From an uncultured Planctomycetota bacterium (GTDB lineage Bacteria > Planctomycetota > Phycisphaerae > Tepidisphaerales > Tepidisphaeraceae): 64,000 bases of DNA. The position numbers and the translations under genes were made by a program. The DNA lies in the NCBI GenBank assembly GCA_963841915.1, contig CAWJEN010000005.1, positions 1,120,001 to 1,184,000 on the forward strand, written 5' to 3'. Positions within the stretch are counted from its first letter, which is position 1, and every line of letters begins with the position of its first letter. Shown here piece after piece: positions 6,900 through 17,244 of the stretch. Below the pieces are notes generated by a model. That model made no database searches and was not told where the DNA came from. It saw only the letters and a program-made list of their open reading frames with translations.

Positions 6900-9677
6900 C
6901 TACTTGGCCTCGCGCCAGTTCGCCGCGTGGCCGGCGTCGACCTTCAGCGGCACCTTCAGTTCCATTGCGTTCACCATGCTTTTGCGAACGAGCTCCGTCG
7001 TGGCATCGACGGCGTCCTTCGGGCACTCGAAGACGAGTTCGTCGTGTACCTGCAGGAGCAGCGTCGCGGGCGACTTGGCCCGTGACATAGCGGCGGCGAC
7101 GTCGAGCATCGCGATTTTGATCAGGTCGGCGGCGCTGCCTTGGATGACGCTGTTGATGGCGGTTCGTTCGGCGTACTGGCGCATGGAAGCGATGCGGCTT
7201 TCGATTTCCGGGATCGGCCGACGACGGCCCTTGATCGTCTCGACGTATCCCTTCTCCTTGGCTTCCATGATGCACTCGTCGAAGAAGTCGAAGACCTTGG
7301 GGTACTGGTCCTTGTAGTTGTCGATGAGTTCCTTGGCCGACCGCTGATTGAGACCTTCGACGCGACGGGCGAGGCCGAAGGCGCTGACGCCGTAGATGAT
7401 GGCGAAGTTGATCGTCTTGGCGTAGCGGCGTTGGTCGTCGCTCACGTCGGCGAGGGGCGTGTCGTAGACGTCACTGGCGACGGCCCGGTGGATGTCTTCG
7501 TCGTTCTTGAAGGATTCCAGCAGCCGTTCTTCGCCGCAGAAGTGGGCGAGGAAGCGCAGCTCGATCTGGGAGTAGTCGAGCGTCAGCAGCACGTTGCCCG
7601 GCTCGGCGACAAAGGCTTGTCGGATACGGCGGCCCTCGTCGGTGCGGACGGGAATGTTCTGCAGGTTCGGATCGCTCGACGACAGGCGGCCGGTGCTGGC
7701 GCCGGTCTGGTTGAAGGACGTGTGAATGCGGCCGGTGCGGGCGTTGATTTCCTTGGCAAGGTTCTCGAGATACGTCTCGCGGAGCTTCATCAGGCCGCGA
7801 TACTCGAGGATGATGCCCGGCAGCGTGTGCTGTTCGGCCAGCACTTCCAGCGTGGCTGCGTCGGTGCTGTAGCCGGTCTTGGTCTTGCGGAGCGGTTTGA
7901 GCTTGAGCCGTTCGAACAGCACTTCCTGGAGTTGTTTGGGCGAATCGGGGTTGATGTCGCCACCGGCTTGCTCGGCGATGTCGTCGCGAAGCTTCTCGAT
8001 CCGCTCGAGCAACACGGCAGACTGCTCGGCGAGCACCTTCGGGTCGACCTTGATACCCGCCCGCTCCATCGACGCCAGCACCGCCGCGAGCGGCAGTTCC
8101 AGATCGTCGTGCAACGCCTTGAGTTGCGGCAACTTCTCCAGCTTCGGCAGTAGCAGCTCGTACAACCGCCACGTCACGTCGGCGTCCTCGGCGGCGTATC
8201 GGGCGACCTCCTCGACCGGCACCTGGTCCATCGTGATCTGCTTTTTCCCCGTGCCGATGAGCGACTTGATCGGGATGGTCTCGTGGCCGAGCAGGTCACG
8301 GGCCAGGTCGTCCATCTTGTACGTGTTGCGGCCCGAGTCGATCAGGAAGGCCATCAACATCGTGTCCGCCTTCATGCCGGCGAGGTCGACGCCTGCCCCT
8401 TTCATGACGATCGCGTCGTACTTGAGGTTGTGACCGACCTTGCCGACGGCGGCGTCTTCGAGCGGCCCGCGGACGGCGTCGAGGGCGGCCTGCGGGTCGA
8501 GCACAGTCGCCCCCATCGGCCCACGCAACGGCAGGTAGTGACCCGTCTTGTCGGCCCAGGAGAAGCTCATGCCCACAAGGCCGCATGCGACCGGGTTGAT
8601 CGCATTGGTCTCCGTGTCGAAGGCAAAGACTTTCTGCTTGGCCAGCTCCTTGGCAAAGGCGGCGAGCTTGTCGGGCGTGTCGACGTTGACGTACTGGTAG
8701 TCGTCATCCTCGGCCGACTCGGGCTGATCAAACAGCCCGCCGACGAGCGGGGCGTATTTCGCCGGCGGCTTATCGGGAACGTCGGCGTCGGCTTTGAGTG
8801 TCGCATCACCCGCGGCCAAACGGCCCAGGAGGCTGCGGAAGCCGAGTTCATCGAGGTGGTCGCGTAGCGCGGGCGTGTCGAGCCCGGTGAAGTCGCAGCC
8901 GCCCGGATCGAAGCCGTCCAACGGCAGATCGTCCTTCAGCGTCACGAGCTGCTTACCGATCGCCAGCTTGTCGAGGCCGTGGTTGCGGACGTTTTCGCTC
9001 TGCTTGGGCGTGAGCTTGTCGGCATTCTCGACGACGGCCTCTGCGGTGCCGTACTTGTTGACGAGCTTTGCAGCGGTCTTCTCGCCGATGCCGGGAATGC
9101 CGGGCACGTTGTCGATGTTGTCGCCCATCAGGGCCTGCACGTCGACCGCCTGCTCGGGCGTGTAGCCGAGCTTTTTGACCATGGCCTCTGCGTCGAATTC
9201 GGTATCGGCCTGGACGTCGTACATCGTCACGCCGTCGCCTAGCAGCTGGCGCAGGTCTTTGTCCTTGGAGACGATATAGAAGTCGTAAAGCCCGCCGTAG
9301 CGACGCGTGATGGTCGCGATGACGTCATCGGCTTCGAAGCCTTCTGCACTGAGGATCGGGATGCCCGCGTCGGCGACAAGCTGCAGGATGCGTTGTTCCT
9401 GCGGCTTGAAGTCGTCGGGTGGCGACTCTCGGTTGGCCTTGTAGTTGGGGTCGATGGTCTTGCGGAACACCTGCTCGTCACCGGTGTCGGTGACCATCAG
9501 CAGGTAATCCGGCCGCCGATTCTCGGCGAGCTGGATGAGCATCTGCGTGAAGACGTAGGTGGCTTTGGTCGGCTCTCCCGTGGGGCTGGTGAGGTCGCGA
9601 AAGGGAGCGAAGTAGGCCCTGTAGATGTGGGCGTGCCCGTCGATGATGTAGAACGACTTTCGCTTGCTCGCTGCCAT
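6900..9677 (-). CDS. polA: DNA polymerase I
   Basis: IIDGHAHIYRAYFA 5'-3' exonuclease; FAFDTET 3'-5' exonuclease; TGRLSSSDPNLQNIP, DYSQIELR, LLLQVHDELVFE. Confidence 0.99.
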   Translation of the reverse strand: MAASKRKSFYIIDGHAHIYRAYFAPFRDLTSPTGEPTKATYVFTQMLIQLAENRRPDYLLMVTDTGDEQVFRKTIDPNYKANRESPPDDFKPQEQRILQLVADAGIPILSAEGFEADDVIATITRRYGGLYDFYIVSKDKDLRQLLGDGVTMYDVQADTEFDAEAMVKKLGYTPEQAVDVQALMGDNIDNVPGIPGIGEKTAAKLVNKYGTAEAVVENADKLTPKQSENVRNHGLDKLAIGKQLVTLKDDLPLDGFDPGGCDFTGLDTPALRDHLDELGFRSLLGRLAAGDATLKADADVPDKPPAKYAPLVGGLFDQPESAEDDDYQYVNVDTPDKLAAFAKELAKQKVFAFDTETNAINPVACGLVGMSFSWADKTGHYLPLRGPMGATVLDPQAALDAVRGPLEDAAVGKVGHNLKYDAIVMKGAGVDLAGMKADTMLMAFLIDSGRNTYKMDDLARDLLGHETIPIKSLIGTGKKQITMDQVPVEEVARYAAEDADVTWRLYELLLPKLEKLPQLKALHDDLELPLAAVLASMERAGIKVDPKVLAEQSAVLLERIEKLRDDIAEQAGGDINPDSPKQLQEVLFERLKLKPLRKTKTGYSTDAATLEVLAEQHTLPGIILEYRGLMKLRETYLENLAKEINARTGRIHTSFNQTGASTGRLSSSDPNLQNIPVRTDEGRRIRQAFVAEPGNVLLTLDYSQIELRFLAHFCGEERLLESFKNDEDIHRAVASDVYDTPLADVSDDQRRYAKTINFAIIYGVSAFGLARRVEGLNQRSAKELIDNYKDQYPKVFDFFDECIMEAKEKGYVETIKGRRRPIPEIESRIASMRQYAERTAINSVIQGSAADLIKIAMLDVAAAMSRAKSPATLLLQVHDELVFECPKDAVDATTELVRKSMVNAMELKVPLKVDAGHAANWREAK

Positions 9678-9736
9678 GCCGCCTGACCGTAGCGGCGTCC
9701 GGTAAGGTGGTGCGGCGTCGGGCGGACGGGCGGGGC

Positions 9737-9765
9737 TTGTTACAAGTCACCGCCGCCGATATACT
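9737..9765 (+). promoter_or_regulatory. Putative sigma70-type promoter for the gene at 9860
   Basis: TTGTTA, 17 bp spacer, TATACT in the polA divergent intergenic region. Confidence 0.5.
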
Positions 9766-9859
9766 CGGTGTCCCACCTGTGCGACGCCGTCCGGCCCGCA
9801 CGCCACCGCCGGCCATGGAGGTCGCGCATCCCCTTTCAGCGTCTTTCTGAGGAGTCGTC

Positions 9860-11305
9860 ATGCCCCCAGCCAACACGGGTTCCAAGGGTGCCCTCATCAC
9901 CTGGACCGTCGTCGCCACCGTCTTCGGCATCACGTGCATGGTGCTGTCGATCGTCTTCTATTCCGCCAAGACTGACGCCGAGACGGCTCTCAAAGCCGAA
10001 CAGGACCAGTTTGCACAGGTTGTCACCCGCACCGAGATCGGCGGCGCAGCCGTCGCCGACCTGCGGAGCCAGAAGAGCGAACTCGGCAGCAACCAGCTCG
10101 ATCTGAGCTTTGCGATCAACCAGGCTCGCGAGTTGGCCCAGAAGTCGGCCGGCAGCGATAGCCCGCTCGAGGCTCAGCGGACCGTCGACAGCACCGTTGA
10201 GCGGGTCAACCGCATCGTCCTCGCAGGCGAAGGCGTTGTCGTCACCAGTGCCACGACCCTCAAGGGTGCTGCCGACAACGCGACGCAGGAAGTCGAACGG
10301 CTTCGCGGCGAGGTCGCTCGACTCCAGAACCAGCAGACTCAGCAGCAGCGGACGGGCGAGCAGGAGATGCAAGGGCTGCGGGACCAGATCCAGCAGACTG
10401 AGCAGCAACTGGCCACGGCCCGTGAACAGCTCAGCGAGCAGGTCGCCAAGAATGAGGCCACGAGCCAGAGCTTCATCGATCTGACGGAGACGATGGAGGA
10501 GCAGATCACGACGACTCTCGCCGCTGCTGGTGCGGACCGCGAAGCGATCGCCGCCGCGCTCGACGAAGTCACGGATGCTCGCGATCAAGCAGAGCGTGAG
10601 CTCGGGATTTTGCTTGAAACCATGGTTTCAAGGTTTGGCGATGGTTCGCTCACCACCCAGGCCGACGGCAACGTGCTGCGTTCGCCCAGCGACAACCGCC
10701 TGACGATCGACCTTGGTCGTCGCCAAGGCGTCACAACCGGCATGACGTTCGCCGTCTACGACTCTGCCACGGGCGTGCCGAAGCTCGAAGGTGACATGGA
10801 AGATCCCGGCAGCATCGCGCTGCCGCGTGGCAAGGCCTCCATCGAAATCGCTACCATCGGTGAGACCAGCAGCGAAGCCCGCGTCATCCGCACGGCTCCG
10901 GGCCAGACAATCCGCGAGGGTGATCTCATTGCCAACCTCGCCTACGACCGTGACACGCCGCGTCGCTTCTACGTCTACGGCGAGTTCGACTTTAACAACG
11001 ACGGTCAGTTCTCCGATCGGGAAGGCATCCAGATTCAGGGCCTGATCCGCGAGTTCGGCGGCCGCGTCGTCAATGGCGTCAATGTCGATACCGACATCGT
11101 CGTCTTGGGACGCGAGCCCATCATCCCGCAATACACGGATGAAGAGCTTCAGAACACGATCATCCGCAACCAATTGCTCGACGCCCAGCGTCGCCTGCAG
11201 GAATACAACCGCATCCGCCAGAGTGCAGAGCGGTTGAACAAGACGATCGTCAACCAGAACTACCTGCTTGCCCTTACCGGCTATTACGAGCAGGCACGCC
11301 GGTAG
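9860..11305 (+). CDS. Membrane-anchored coiled-coil protein with a C-terminal beta domain and a BRCT-like domain
   Basis: N-terminal hydrophobic helix; long Q/E/A-rich heptad region; IREFGGRVVNGVNVDTDIVVLG resembles BRCT; GAGGAG RBS. Confidence 0.75.
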   Translation: MPPANTGSKGALITWTVVATVFGITCMVLSIVFYSAKTDAETALKAEQDQFAQVVTRTEIGGAAVADLRSQKSELGSNQLDLSFAINQARELAQKSAGSDSPLEAQRTVDSTVERVNRIVLAGEGVVVTSATTLKGAADNATQEVERLRGEVARLQNQQTQQQRTGEQEMQGLRDQIQQTEQQLATAREQLSEQVAKNEATSQSFIDLTETMEEQITTTLAAAGADREAIAAALDEVTDARDQAERELGILLETMVSRFGDGSLTTQADGNVLRSPSDNRLTIDLGRRQGVTTGMTFAVYDSATGVPKLEGDMEDPGSIALPRGKASIEIATIGETSSEARVIRTAPGQTIREGDLIANLAYDRDTPRRFYVYGEFDFNNDGQFSDREGIQIQGLIREFGGRVVNGVNVDTDIVVLGREPIIPQYTDEELQNTIIRNQLLDAQRRLQEYNRIRQSAERLNKTIVNQNYLLALTGYYEQARR

Positions 11306-11330
11306 AGGCAACCACGCCTCAAGCGTTCTC

Positions 11331-11364
11331 GAGCCCGGCAGCCTCGGTTGCCGGGCTTCTTTGT
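11331..11364 (+). terminator. Intrinsic terminator-like hairpin
   Basis: AGCCCGGCAGC-CTCG-GTTGCCGGGCT followed by TCTTTGT, just after the stop at 11305. Confidence 0.6.
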
Positions 11365-11385
11365 GCACCCGCATAAGCTGCTGCC

Positions 11386-12987
11386 ATGCCGACCTTTTGG
11401 GATCTTCGTGCCGAACTGACGCCGAAGGGGGACGAGACAAAGCAACCTGACACTGCCACCGGTGACGTCTGGTCCGTTTCCGACTACGCCCGGCAGATCA
11501 AGATGCTTCTGAAGAATCGCCTGCCCAATCCGGTTCGCGTGCGTGGCGAGATCAGCCGCTGGACGCGCGCCGGTAGCGGTCACCGTTACTTCACACTTAA
11601 GGACAACGACAGTGCCGTCGACGCCAAGATGTGGGGCACTGCCGCCCGGTCGCTCGACTTTGAGCCAGCCGAGGGCGACGAGGTCGTGGTCGAGGGATAT
11701 GCCGATTTCTGGAACAAGCGTGGGCAGTTGTCGCTCGTGTGCGAGTCGATCGGCAGGGCCGGCGAAGGTGCACTCGAAGCCGCCTTCCAGAAACTCAAGA
11801 GCAAGCTCGGCAGCGAAGGGTTGTTCGACCCTGAGCGGAAGCTGCCGATCCCGCCCTATCCGCGTCGCATCGCGATCGTGACGAGCCCCGATGCCGCCGG
11901 GTATCAGGACGTGCTCAAGGTGCTTTCGAGTCAGCCCCACTTGAAGTTGATGCTGATGCCCGTCCCGGTGCAGGGCGACGCGGCGGCGGGGACGATCGGG
12001 CGAGCACTCAACTTGTTGAGCGAAAGGCACGCGGATGTGGGTGGCGTTGATGTCGCGTTGCTCATCCGTGGTGGCGGGTCGCGAGAGGACCTCTGGGCGT
12101 TCAACGAAGAAGAAGTCGCCCGAGCCGTCGCCGCCTGCCGCGTGCCGATCATCGCGGGCATCGGTCACGAGACGGACGAGCACATCGCCGACCTTGCCGC
12201 TGACCACCACGCCCACACGCCGACGCAGGCGGCACAGGTGGTGATTCGCCATTGGCGGGTCGCCGGGGATCGTGTCGGTCAGCTCGGTGTTGTGCTCCGC
12301 CGGGCGGTTCGACAGTTGACGGCCGACGCGTCGGCAGGCTTGAAGTCCGTCCGACGGCACGAGATGTTTCGGCGTCCGACAGACGTCACCGATCGCGGTG
12401 GCCAAGCGCTTGACGAGGCGACAGCCGACCTGCGGGCGGCGCTGGCTCGGCGTCTTGATCTACTCGACCGCCGCCTCCGCGACGCCCGCAGTCGGCTGCT
12501 CGTCCGTGACCCGCGGCATCAGCTCCAGCTCCAGCGCCAGCGTGTGGCTTCCCTCGCCCAGCGTCTCTCGCGATCGAGCGGCGTTATGGTGACGGGTCGG
12601 AAACTTCCGCTTGGCAGCTCGATCACCGACCTGCGGTCAGCGTCGCGTCTCACGCTTGACGCATCCCGTGGCCGCACGAGCGATCTCGCTCGGAGAATCA
12701 ACGCTGCCTCGCCCGAGCGCCGCCTGCAGGCGGGCCGGCGGGCGGTGGAGCAGGCACAGTTGCGGCTGCGATTCCTGGTGGGCCACCGGCTCCAGCGTGC
12801 CACGTCGGCTGCGACCTCGGCGACGCGACAGCTCCGCGCCCTTGATCCGACGGCTGTTTTGGCCCGTGGATACTCGATCACGCTCGACGCCAACGGCCAT
12901 GTCGTCCGGACGGCTGACGATGTGTCGACAGGCGACGTGCTGCAAACGCGTACGTCCGACGGTGACGTCCACAGCGTGGTGCAGTAG
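11386..12987 (+). CDS. xseA: Exodeoxyribonuclease VII large subunit
   Basis: VRGEIS..SGHRYFTLKD OB fold; RGGGSREDLWAFNEE; GIGHETD; TPTQAA; LDPTAVLARGYSI. Confidence 0.97.
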   Translation: MPTFWDLRAELTPKGDETKQPDTATGDVWSVSDYARQIKMLLKNRLPNPVRVRGEISRWTRAGSGHRYFTLKDNDSAVDAKMWGTAARSLDFEPAEGDEVVVEGYADFWNKRGQLSLVCESIGRAGEGALEAAFQKLKSKLGSEGLFDPERKLPIPPYPRRIAIVTSPDAAGYQDVLKVLSSQPHLKLMLMPVPVQGDAAAGTIGRALNLLSERHADVGGVDVALLIRGGGSREDLWAFNEEEVARAVAACRVPIIAGIGHETDEHIADLAADHHAHTPTQAAQVVIRHWRVAGDRVGQLGVVLRRAVRQLTADASAGLKSVRRHEMFRRPTDVTDRGGQALDEATADLRAALARRLDLLDRRLRDARSRLLVRDPRHQLQLQRQRVASLAQRLSRSSGVMVTGRKLPLGSSITDLRSASRLTLDASRGRTSDLARRINAASPERRLQAGRRAVEQAQLRLRFLVGHRLQRATSAATSATRQLRALDPTAVLARGYSITLDANGHVVRTADDVSTGDVLQTRTSDGDVHSVVQ

Positions 12988-12990
12988 GTC

Positions 12991-13024
12991 AAAGGAAACG
13001 CCGCGACCGGTAGGGCCGCGGCGT
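12991..13024 (-). terminator. Terminator-like hairpin between convergent genes
   Basis: Minus strand ACGCCGCGGCC-CTACC-GGTCGCGGCGT followed by TTCCTTT. Confidence 0.55.
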
Positions 13025-13048
13025 CAGTATCGGGTCTGTGCTCGGGCT

Positions 13049-13621
13049 CTACTTGCCCGGCTTGATGACTTCCATGATGGCCTGCGTCTTGACGACCATG
13101 TTGAAGTCGTCGAACAAGTGGAAGCTCTGAACAAGCAATTCGTTGGCCCGACGTTCGACGTCGAGGGCGCCGATGAATCGGCCGCGACCTTCGTCTTCGT
13201 TGGCCGGTACGTCGACGACCATCAGATCCCGCTTGGCGGCATAGTCGACGATCTCCTGCCGCGTCGCCTCGTAGAGCGTGGCCGAAAGCTGCTCCTCCTG
13301 CGTCGAGATCATGTAGCGGATGTTCTCGTGCGTGTTGGCCTCGTGGAACCGCTCGCCGCGGCAGGGCACTTCCTCGATCAGGCCAGCTTGGGGCTTTACG
13401 TCCGCGCCCGTCGCGTTGAACAGGACCTCAGTGAGATGGCTGTCACCGGCGTCGAACTCGACAAGGTGTCCGCCGTCGACGAGGTGAACGCTGGCCTTGT
13501 AGCTGCGACGCTCGGCGGTCTCCGTGAGATGCCGCCGGAACATCTCTGGATGCAGCGGGCGGCTGTAGAGGAGCAGGTTGAGGGCGAATTGCTGTTTCCG
13601 CTGCTTCGTGCGTTGGCTCAT
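13049..13621 (-). CDS. DUF2617-like protein
   Basis: N-terminal LLLYSRPLHPEMF and C-terminal VQSFHLFDDFNMVVKTQAIME recognised from memory as DUF2617-like. Confidence 0.7.
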   Translation of the reverse strand: MSQRTKQRKQQFALNLLLYSRPLHPEMFRRHLTETAERRSYKASVHLVDGGHLVEFDAGDSHLTEVLFNATGADVKPQAGLIEEVPCRGERFHEANTHENIRYMISTQEEQLSATLYEATRQEIVDYAAKRDLMVVDVPANEDEGRGRFIGALDVERRANELLVQSFHLFDDFNMVVKTQAIMEVIKPGK

Positions 13622-13832
13622 GATAAGGCGTATGAGGAAAGGGTCTAATCCACCGAAAGGCCGCGGCGTTGGCTCCCGACTCAGCCGCGACACGATTGCC
13701 CATGCTGTACGACGCTTCGTCCTTGAGCGTCCCGCAGGCGTCGATCCTATGCGGCATGAAGCATGTTTTCGACCGTGAGACACCGCTCAGAGGTCCGATC
13801 GGCCGCTGCGAAGCCGAATCTTCGTCAAGTGG

Positions 13833-14579
13833 TCAAGATGTCGTAACTAACGACACGGGGAGTAAAGTGACTAGTCCGTTATACGCCGTGTGGCATGCGA
13901 CCGTCACGCCGAACCCGCGGGTCAGGAAGATCAGGCCGAGCCACAGTCCTGCGAGCGAGCGAAATCCGAACACGCTCAGGCCGAACGGTTCTCCCGCCGC
14001 CGGTAGGTGGTGGTAACCGGCAAAAGCGAGGCTTGTGATGACCAACGTCGCCGCAAGTGAGCCTTTGTTGCCGAACACTGGTGCAAGCAAGGCGTGGCCG
14101 ACGGCGAAGCCGAAGAGCCGAAAGACGAACTCCTCGAAGACACCCGCGCCGGCGGCCAGGACCAGGTTGCCACCGACGCCACCCGCTGCCATCGCGAGCA
14201 GGCCCATCCCGCCGATGAGCCACACCGCTGCCAAGAGCGGCACCGCCAGCAAGGTCGCCTCCATGCTCATGGCGATCGGGACGGTCGGGCGTAGCTGCCA
14301 GGCGTGGCCGGCAAAAACGTGCCACGCCGCCAACGCGATGACCGCCGCGGCCGGTACGAGCCACGCCGCCGCTGCGCCTGGCGAGATGAGGTCACGAAGC
14401 CAAACGAACGCCAGCACCCGCGTCTCGGTCTGTGCTGCCGCATCGACGTGAAACAGTCGCGTCCCGACTTCGTAGAAGATGGCCAGCGGCAACACGACGG
14501 CCATCGCCGCCAGAGGTCTACGGCTTTGCTCCAGGTACGTCTCAGCGGGCGGCACTCCACGTGCATCGGCGGGACCCAC
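13833..14579 (-). CDS. CPBP (CAAX/Abi) family intramembrane glutamic endopeptidase
   Basis: Several TM helices; EEFVFR, FAGYHH and HTAYN motifs. Confidence 0.88.
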   Translation of the reverse strand: MGPADARGVPPAETYLEQSRRPLAAMAVVLPLAIFYEVGTRLFHVDAAAQTETRVLAFVWLRDLISPGAAAAWLVPAAAVIALAAWHVFAGHAWQLRPTVPIAMSMEATLLAVPLLAAVWLIGGMGLLAMAAGGVGGNLVLAAGAGVFEEFVFRLFGFAVGHALLAPVFGNKGSLAATLVITSLAFAGYHHLPAAGEPFGLSVFGFRSLAGLWLGLIFLTRGFGVTVACHTAYNGLVTLLPVSLVTTS

Positions 14580-14596
14580 CGCGCCGCGTCAACGCC

Positions 14597-16111
14597 TTAC
14601 TTCTCGATCGTGTAATTCGGGGATTCCTGCGTGATCTGCAGGTCGTGAGGGTGACTCTCGACCATGCCGGCCGCTGAAATCCGGTAGAATCTTGCGTCAC
14701 GCCGCAACGCATCGATCGTCGGCGTGCCGCAGTAGCCCATGCCCGCACGCAGACCGCCGACAAGCTGGTAGACGAAGTCGCGAAGCGGTCCGCGATAAGG
14801 GATGCGCCCCTCGACGCCTTCGGGCACGAGCTTGCTGCCGGGCGACTCACTCTTCTGGCCGTACCGGTCGGCACTGCCCTTGACCATCGCACCCAGACTG
14901 CCCATGCCGCGATAGGTCTTATACCGGCGGCCGGCGTGGATGATCAGCTCGCCCGGCGACTCGTCGAGGCCCGCAAACAGGCTGCCGAGCATGCAGACGC
15001 TGGCCCCGCTGGCGATGGCCTTGGTGATGTCGCCCGACATCCTGATGCCGCCGTCGGCGATGACCGGTACGCCTTCATCCTCGGCCACGCTCACCGCGTT
15101 CATGATGGCCGAAATCTGAGGCACGCCCACACCCGTGACGACGCGAGTCGTGCAAATGCTGCCCGGCCCGATGCCGACCTTCACCGCGTCGACGCCTGCG
15201 TCGATCAGGTCGCGTGCGCCTTGCTCCGTCGCCACGTTGCCTGCCACGACGTCGATGTCGTGCTTGTCCTTCACCGCACGAACGGTCTTGAGCACGTTGT
15301 CGCTGTGCCCGTGGGCTGTGTCGACGCAGATGACGTCCACGTCGGCTGCGACGAGTTGATCGACGCGCTCCAGCTGGCCGACACCCACTGCCGCCCCGAC
15401 GCGGAGGCGGCCTCGGGCGTCCTTGCAGGCGTGGGGCGAACGGTGCAGCTTGTCGACGTCGCGCATCGTGATCAGACCGGCCAGCCTTCCTTCGGCGTCG
15501 ACGAGCAGCAGCTTCTCGACCTTCGACTTGTGCAACAGCCGCTCGGCGTCGGCCAACGCCGTGTCCGGGGCAGCCGTCACGAGGTTCCTGCTCGTCATCA
15601 CGTCGCTGACCCGGCGGCCGTCGTCGTCCTGCCACTTGAGGTCGCGACGCGTCAGGATGCCAACAAGCCGCGCCGGTTGACGCTCGCCCGCGTCGTCCGG
15701 CAGGCGTGGCGGGGCGTCGACGATCGGAATGCCGCTGACATTGAAGTCCCGCATGATCCGCCGAGCCTCCGCCAGCGTCGCGTTCGGCGGCAGCGTCACA
15801 GGGTCCAGAATGACGCCGTTCTCGCTGCGTTTGACCTTTTCGACCTCGCGTGCCTGGTCCTCGGGCGACAGGTTCTTGTGAATGAAGCCGAGTCCGCCTT
15901 CCTGGGCCAGGGCGATGGCGAGCGACGACTCGGTGACCGTGTCCATCGGGGCCGAGACCAGCGGCACGTTGAGCGTCACCCGCCGCGTCAGCCGCGTGCT
16001 CACGTCAGCGTCGCCGGGCACAAAGTCGCTGCGACGCGGAATCAGCAGCACGTCGTCGAACGTGATGGCTTCGGCAATAATCTTGTTGGCAACAACGGCA
16101 GCGGCGTCCAT
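14597..16111 (-). CDS. guaB: IMP dehydrogenase with CBS pair
   Basis: [61 protein letters not shown]. Confidence 0.99.
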   Translation of the reverse strand: MDAAAVVANKIIAEAITFDDVLLIPRRSDFVPGDADVSTRLTRRVTLNVPLVSAPMDTVTESSLAIALAQEGGLGFIHKNLSPEDQAREVEKVKRSENGVILDPVTLPPNATLAEARRIMRDFNVSGIPIVDAPPRLPDDAGERQPARLVGILTRRDLKWQDDDGRRVSDVMTSRNLVTAAPDTALADAERLLHKSKVEKLLLVDAEGRLAGLITMRDVDKLHRSPHACKDARGRLRVGAAVGVGQLERVDQLVAADVDVICVDTAHGHSDNVLKTVRAVKDKHDIDVVAGNVATEQGARDLIDAGVDAVKVGIGPGSICTTRVVTGVGVPQISAIMNAVSVAEDEGVPVIADGGIRMSGDITKAIASGASVCMLGSLFAGLDESPGELIIHAGRRYKTYRGMGSLGAMVKGSADRYGQKSESPGSKLVPEGVEGRIPYRGPLRDFVYQLVGGLRAGMGYCGTPTIDALRRDARFYRISAAGMVESHPHDLQITQESPNYTIEK

Positions 16112-16153
16112 GAGCCACCTGTAGCAGCGCCGGCCCACGCGATCAAGTTTGCC

Positions 16154-16981
16154 TCACTCCGGCGGGCTGTTGAGCTCCCACTTGTAGCCCATGCCGTCCC
16201 AATCCGTCGCCCCCACGATCGGCGAATCGTCGCGGGCGAACCGCAGCAGGCTGTTGATGAGCTTCATGTCGCCGTCGCCCTCGACGCCGCGTTCGAAGTC
16301 CTTGCGGTAGAAGCTCGTAAAGATGCTGTTGAGCTCGACCGTCTGATCGTTCCGCCGCACCGCCGCCCGCGAGTCGCTCAGGTAGACCTCGCCCTGGTCG
16401 CGGAGCTGCTGGGCCAGCTTGTCGCCCTCGAACGGCTCGTTGCGGAGCGGCGGGCACGAGTAGCTCATGCAGTTGAACCCGAAGTGCAGCCGCGGGTCAC
16501 GACCGGTTTTGTCGAGCGTCGACTGCTCGAGCGTGTCGAGGTTGGTCCGCTTGCCGCCGACGTAGAAGCGGTCGACGAAGAAGAGGGCACCGGGATCAAG
16601 GAAGCCGGGCCGCAGGACATTGCCCGGATAGCCGCGCTGCACGACGCCGTACATGCACAAGGCGTTGTAGGCGTTGACGTAGAAGGCGAGTTTGTCGGTG
16701 TCGGTCGGGAAGAGTTCCGGCCGATTGTCGGGCGAAGCGGCGTTGATCTGGCCGACGTACTCGTAGAGCGTGTCCCGCACGCCGTTGGTGTTGTTCTTGA
16801 TCTTGTCCCATTCGACAAAGCCGTCGTCGGTCGCCACTTCGTCGAGGACCGTCGCCCACTTGTCGTTCGACCAGGAGGTCAGTTTCTGATCCGGCCGAAA
16901 CTGCTCCGAAACGCGGCCGCCCCCGCACCCCGTACACACCAGCAGGCACAGGACAAAGAGTGTCGAGAGGGCATGGCGCAT
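16154..16981 (-). CDS. DUF547 domain lipoprotein
   Basis: Signal peptide with lipobox CTGC; LAFYVNAYNAL; DPRLHFGFNCMSYSCPPL; YKWELN. Confidence 0.85.
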   Translation of the reverse strand: MRHALSTLFVLCLLVCTGCGGGRVSEQFRPDQKLTSWSNDKWATVLDEVATDDGFVEWDKIKNNTNGVRDTLYEYVGQINAASPDNRPELFPTDTDKLAFYVNAYNALCMYGVVQRGYPGNVLRPGFLDPGALFFVDRFYVGGKRTNLDTLEQSTLDKTGRDPRLHFGFNCMSYSCPPLRNEPFEGDKLAQQLRDQGEVYLSDSRAAVRRNDQTVELNSIFTSFYRKDFERGVEGDGDMKLINSLLRFARDDSPIVGATDWDGMGYKWELNSPPE

Positions 16982-17244
16982 AACGATTCATACGCAGCCG
17001 CCGTCCCACCAGTTGCGCCGCCCCGGCGATCGCATCCGGATTCGTCTGCCGCCGCCGAACCGGCCGTACCCGTTGCCGACGGATCGCCACAACCGCCGAC
17101 GCGACCGGTCGACGGTATCCGAGCGGTGTCGGGACGGAGCGCTGCTAGGATGCAGTGAGACCCGGGTGTAACCTGCTCCCGACCAATTTATCTCATTTAT
17201 CTGCCCTGACAGAAGCAGGTATCGGTAACGCATCTAACACTGAC

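Noticed and set aside
17010..17057. QLRRPGDRIRIRLPP upstream of the DUF4268 gene resembling GNAT QMRADRIALPIPP (a fourth remnant)
   Set aside because: Single short R/P-rich match expected by chance in GC-rich DNA; no further collinear anchors seen
14936..17158. 740-aa plus-strand ORF (also 45612-47696, 61394-63454, 20285-21796 and similar long ORFs)
   Set aside because: Antisense shadows of well-supported genes in high-GC DNA; no recognisable motifs
17185..17205. TTTATCT direct repeat as DnaA boxes / oriC
   Set aside because: Does not match TTATCCACA; no box cluster or dnaA in the window
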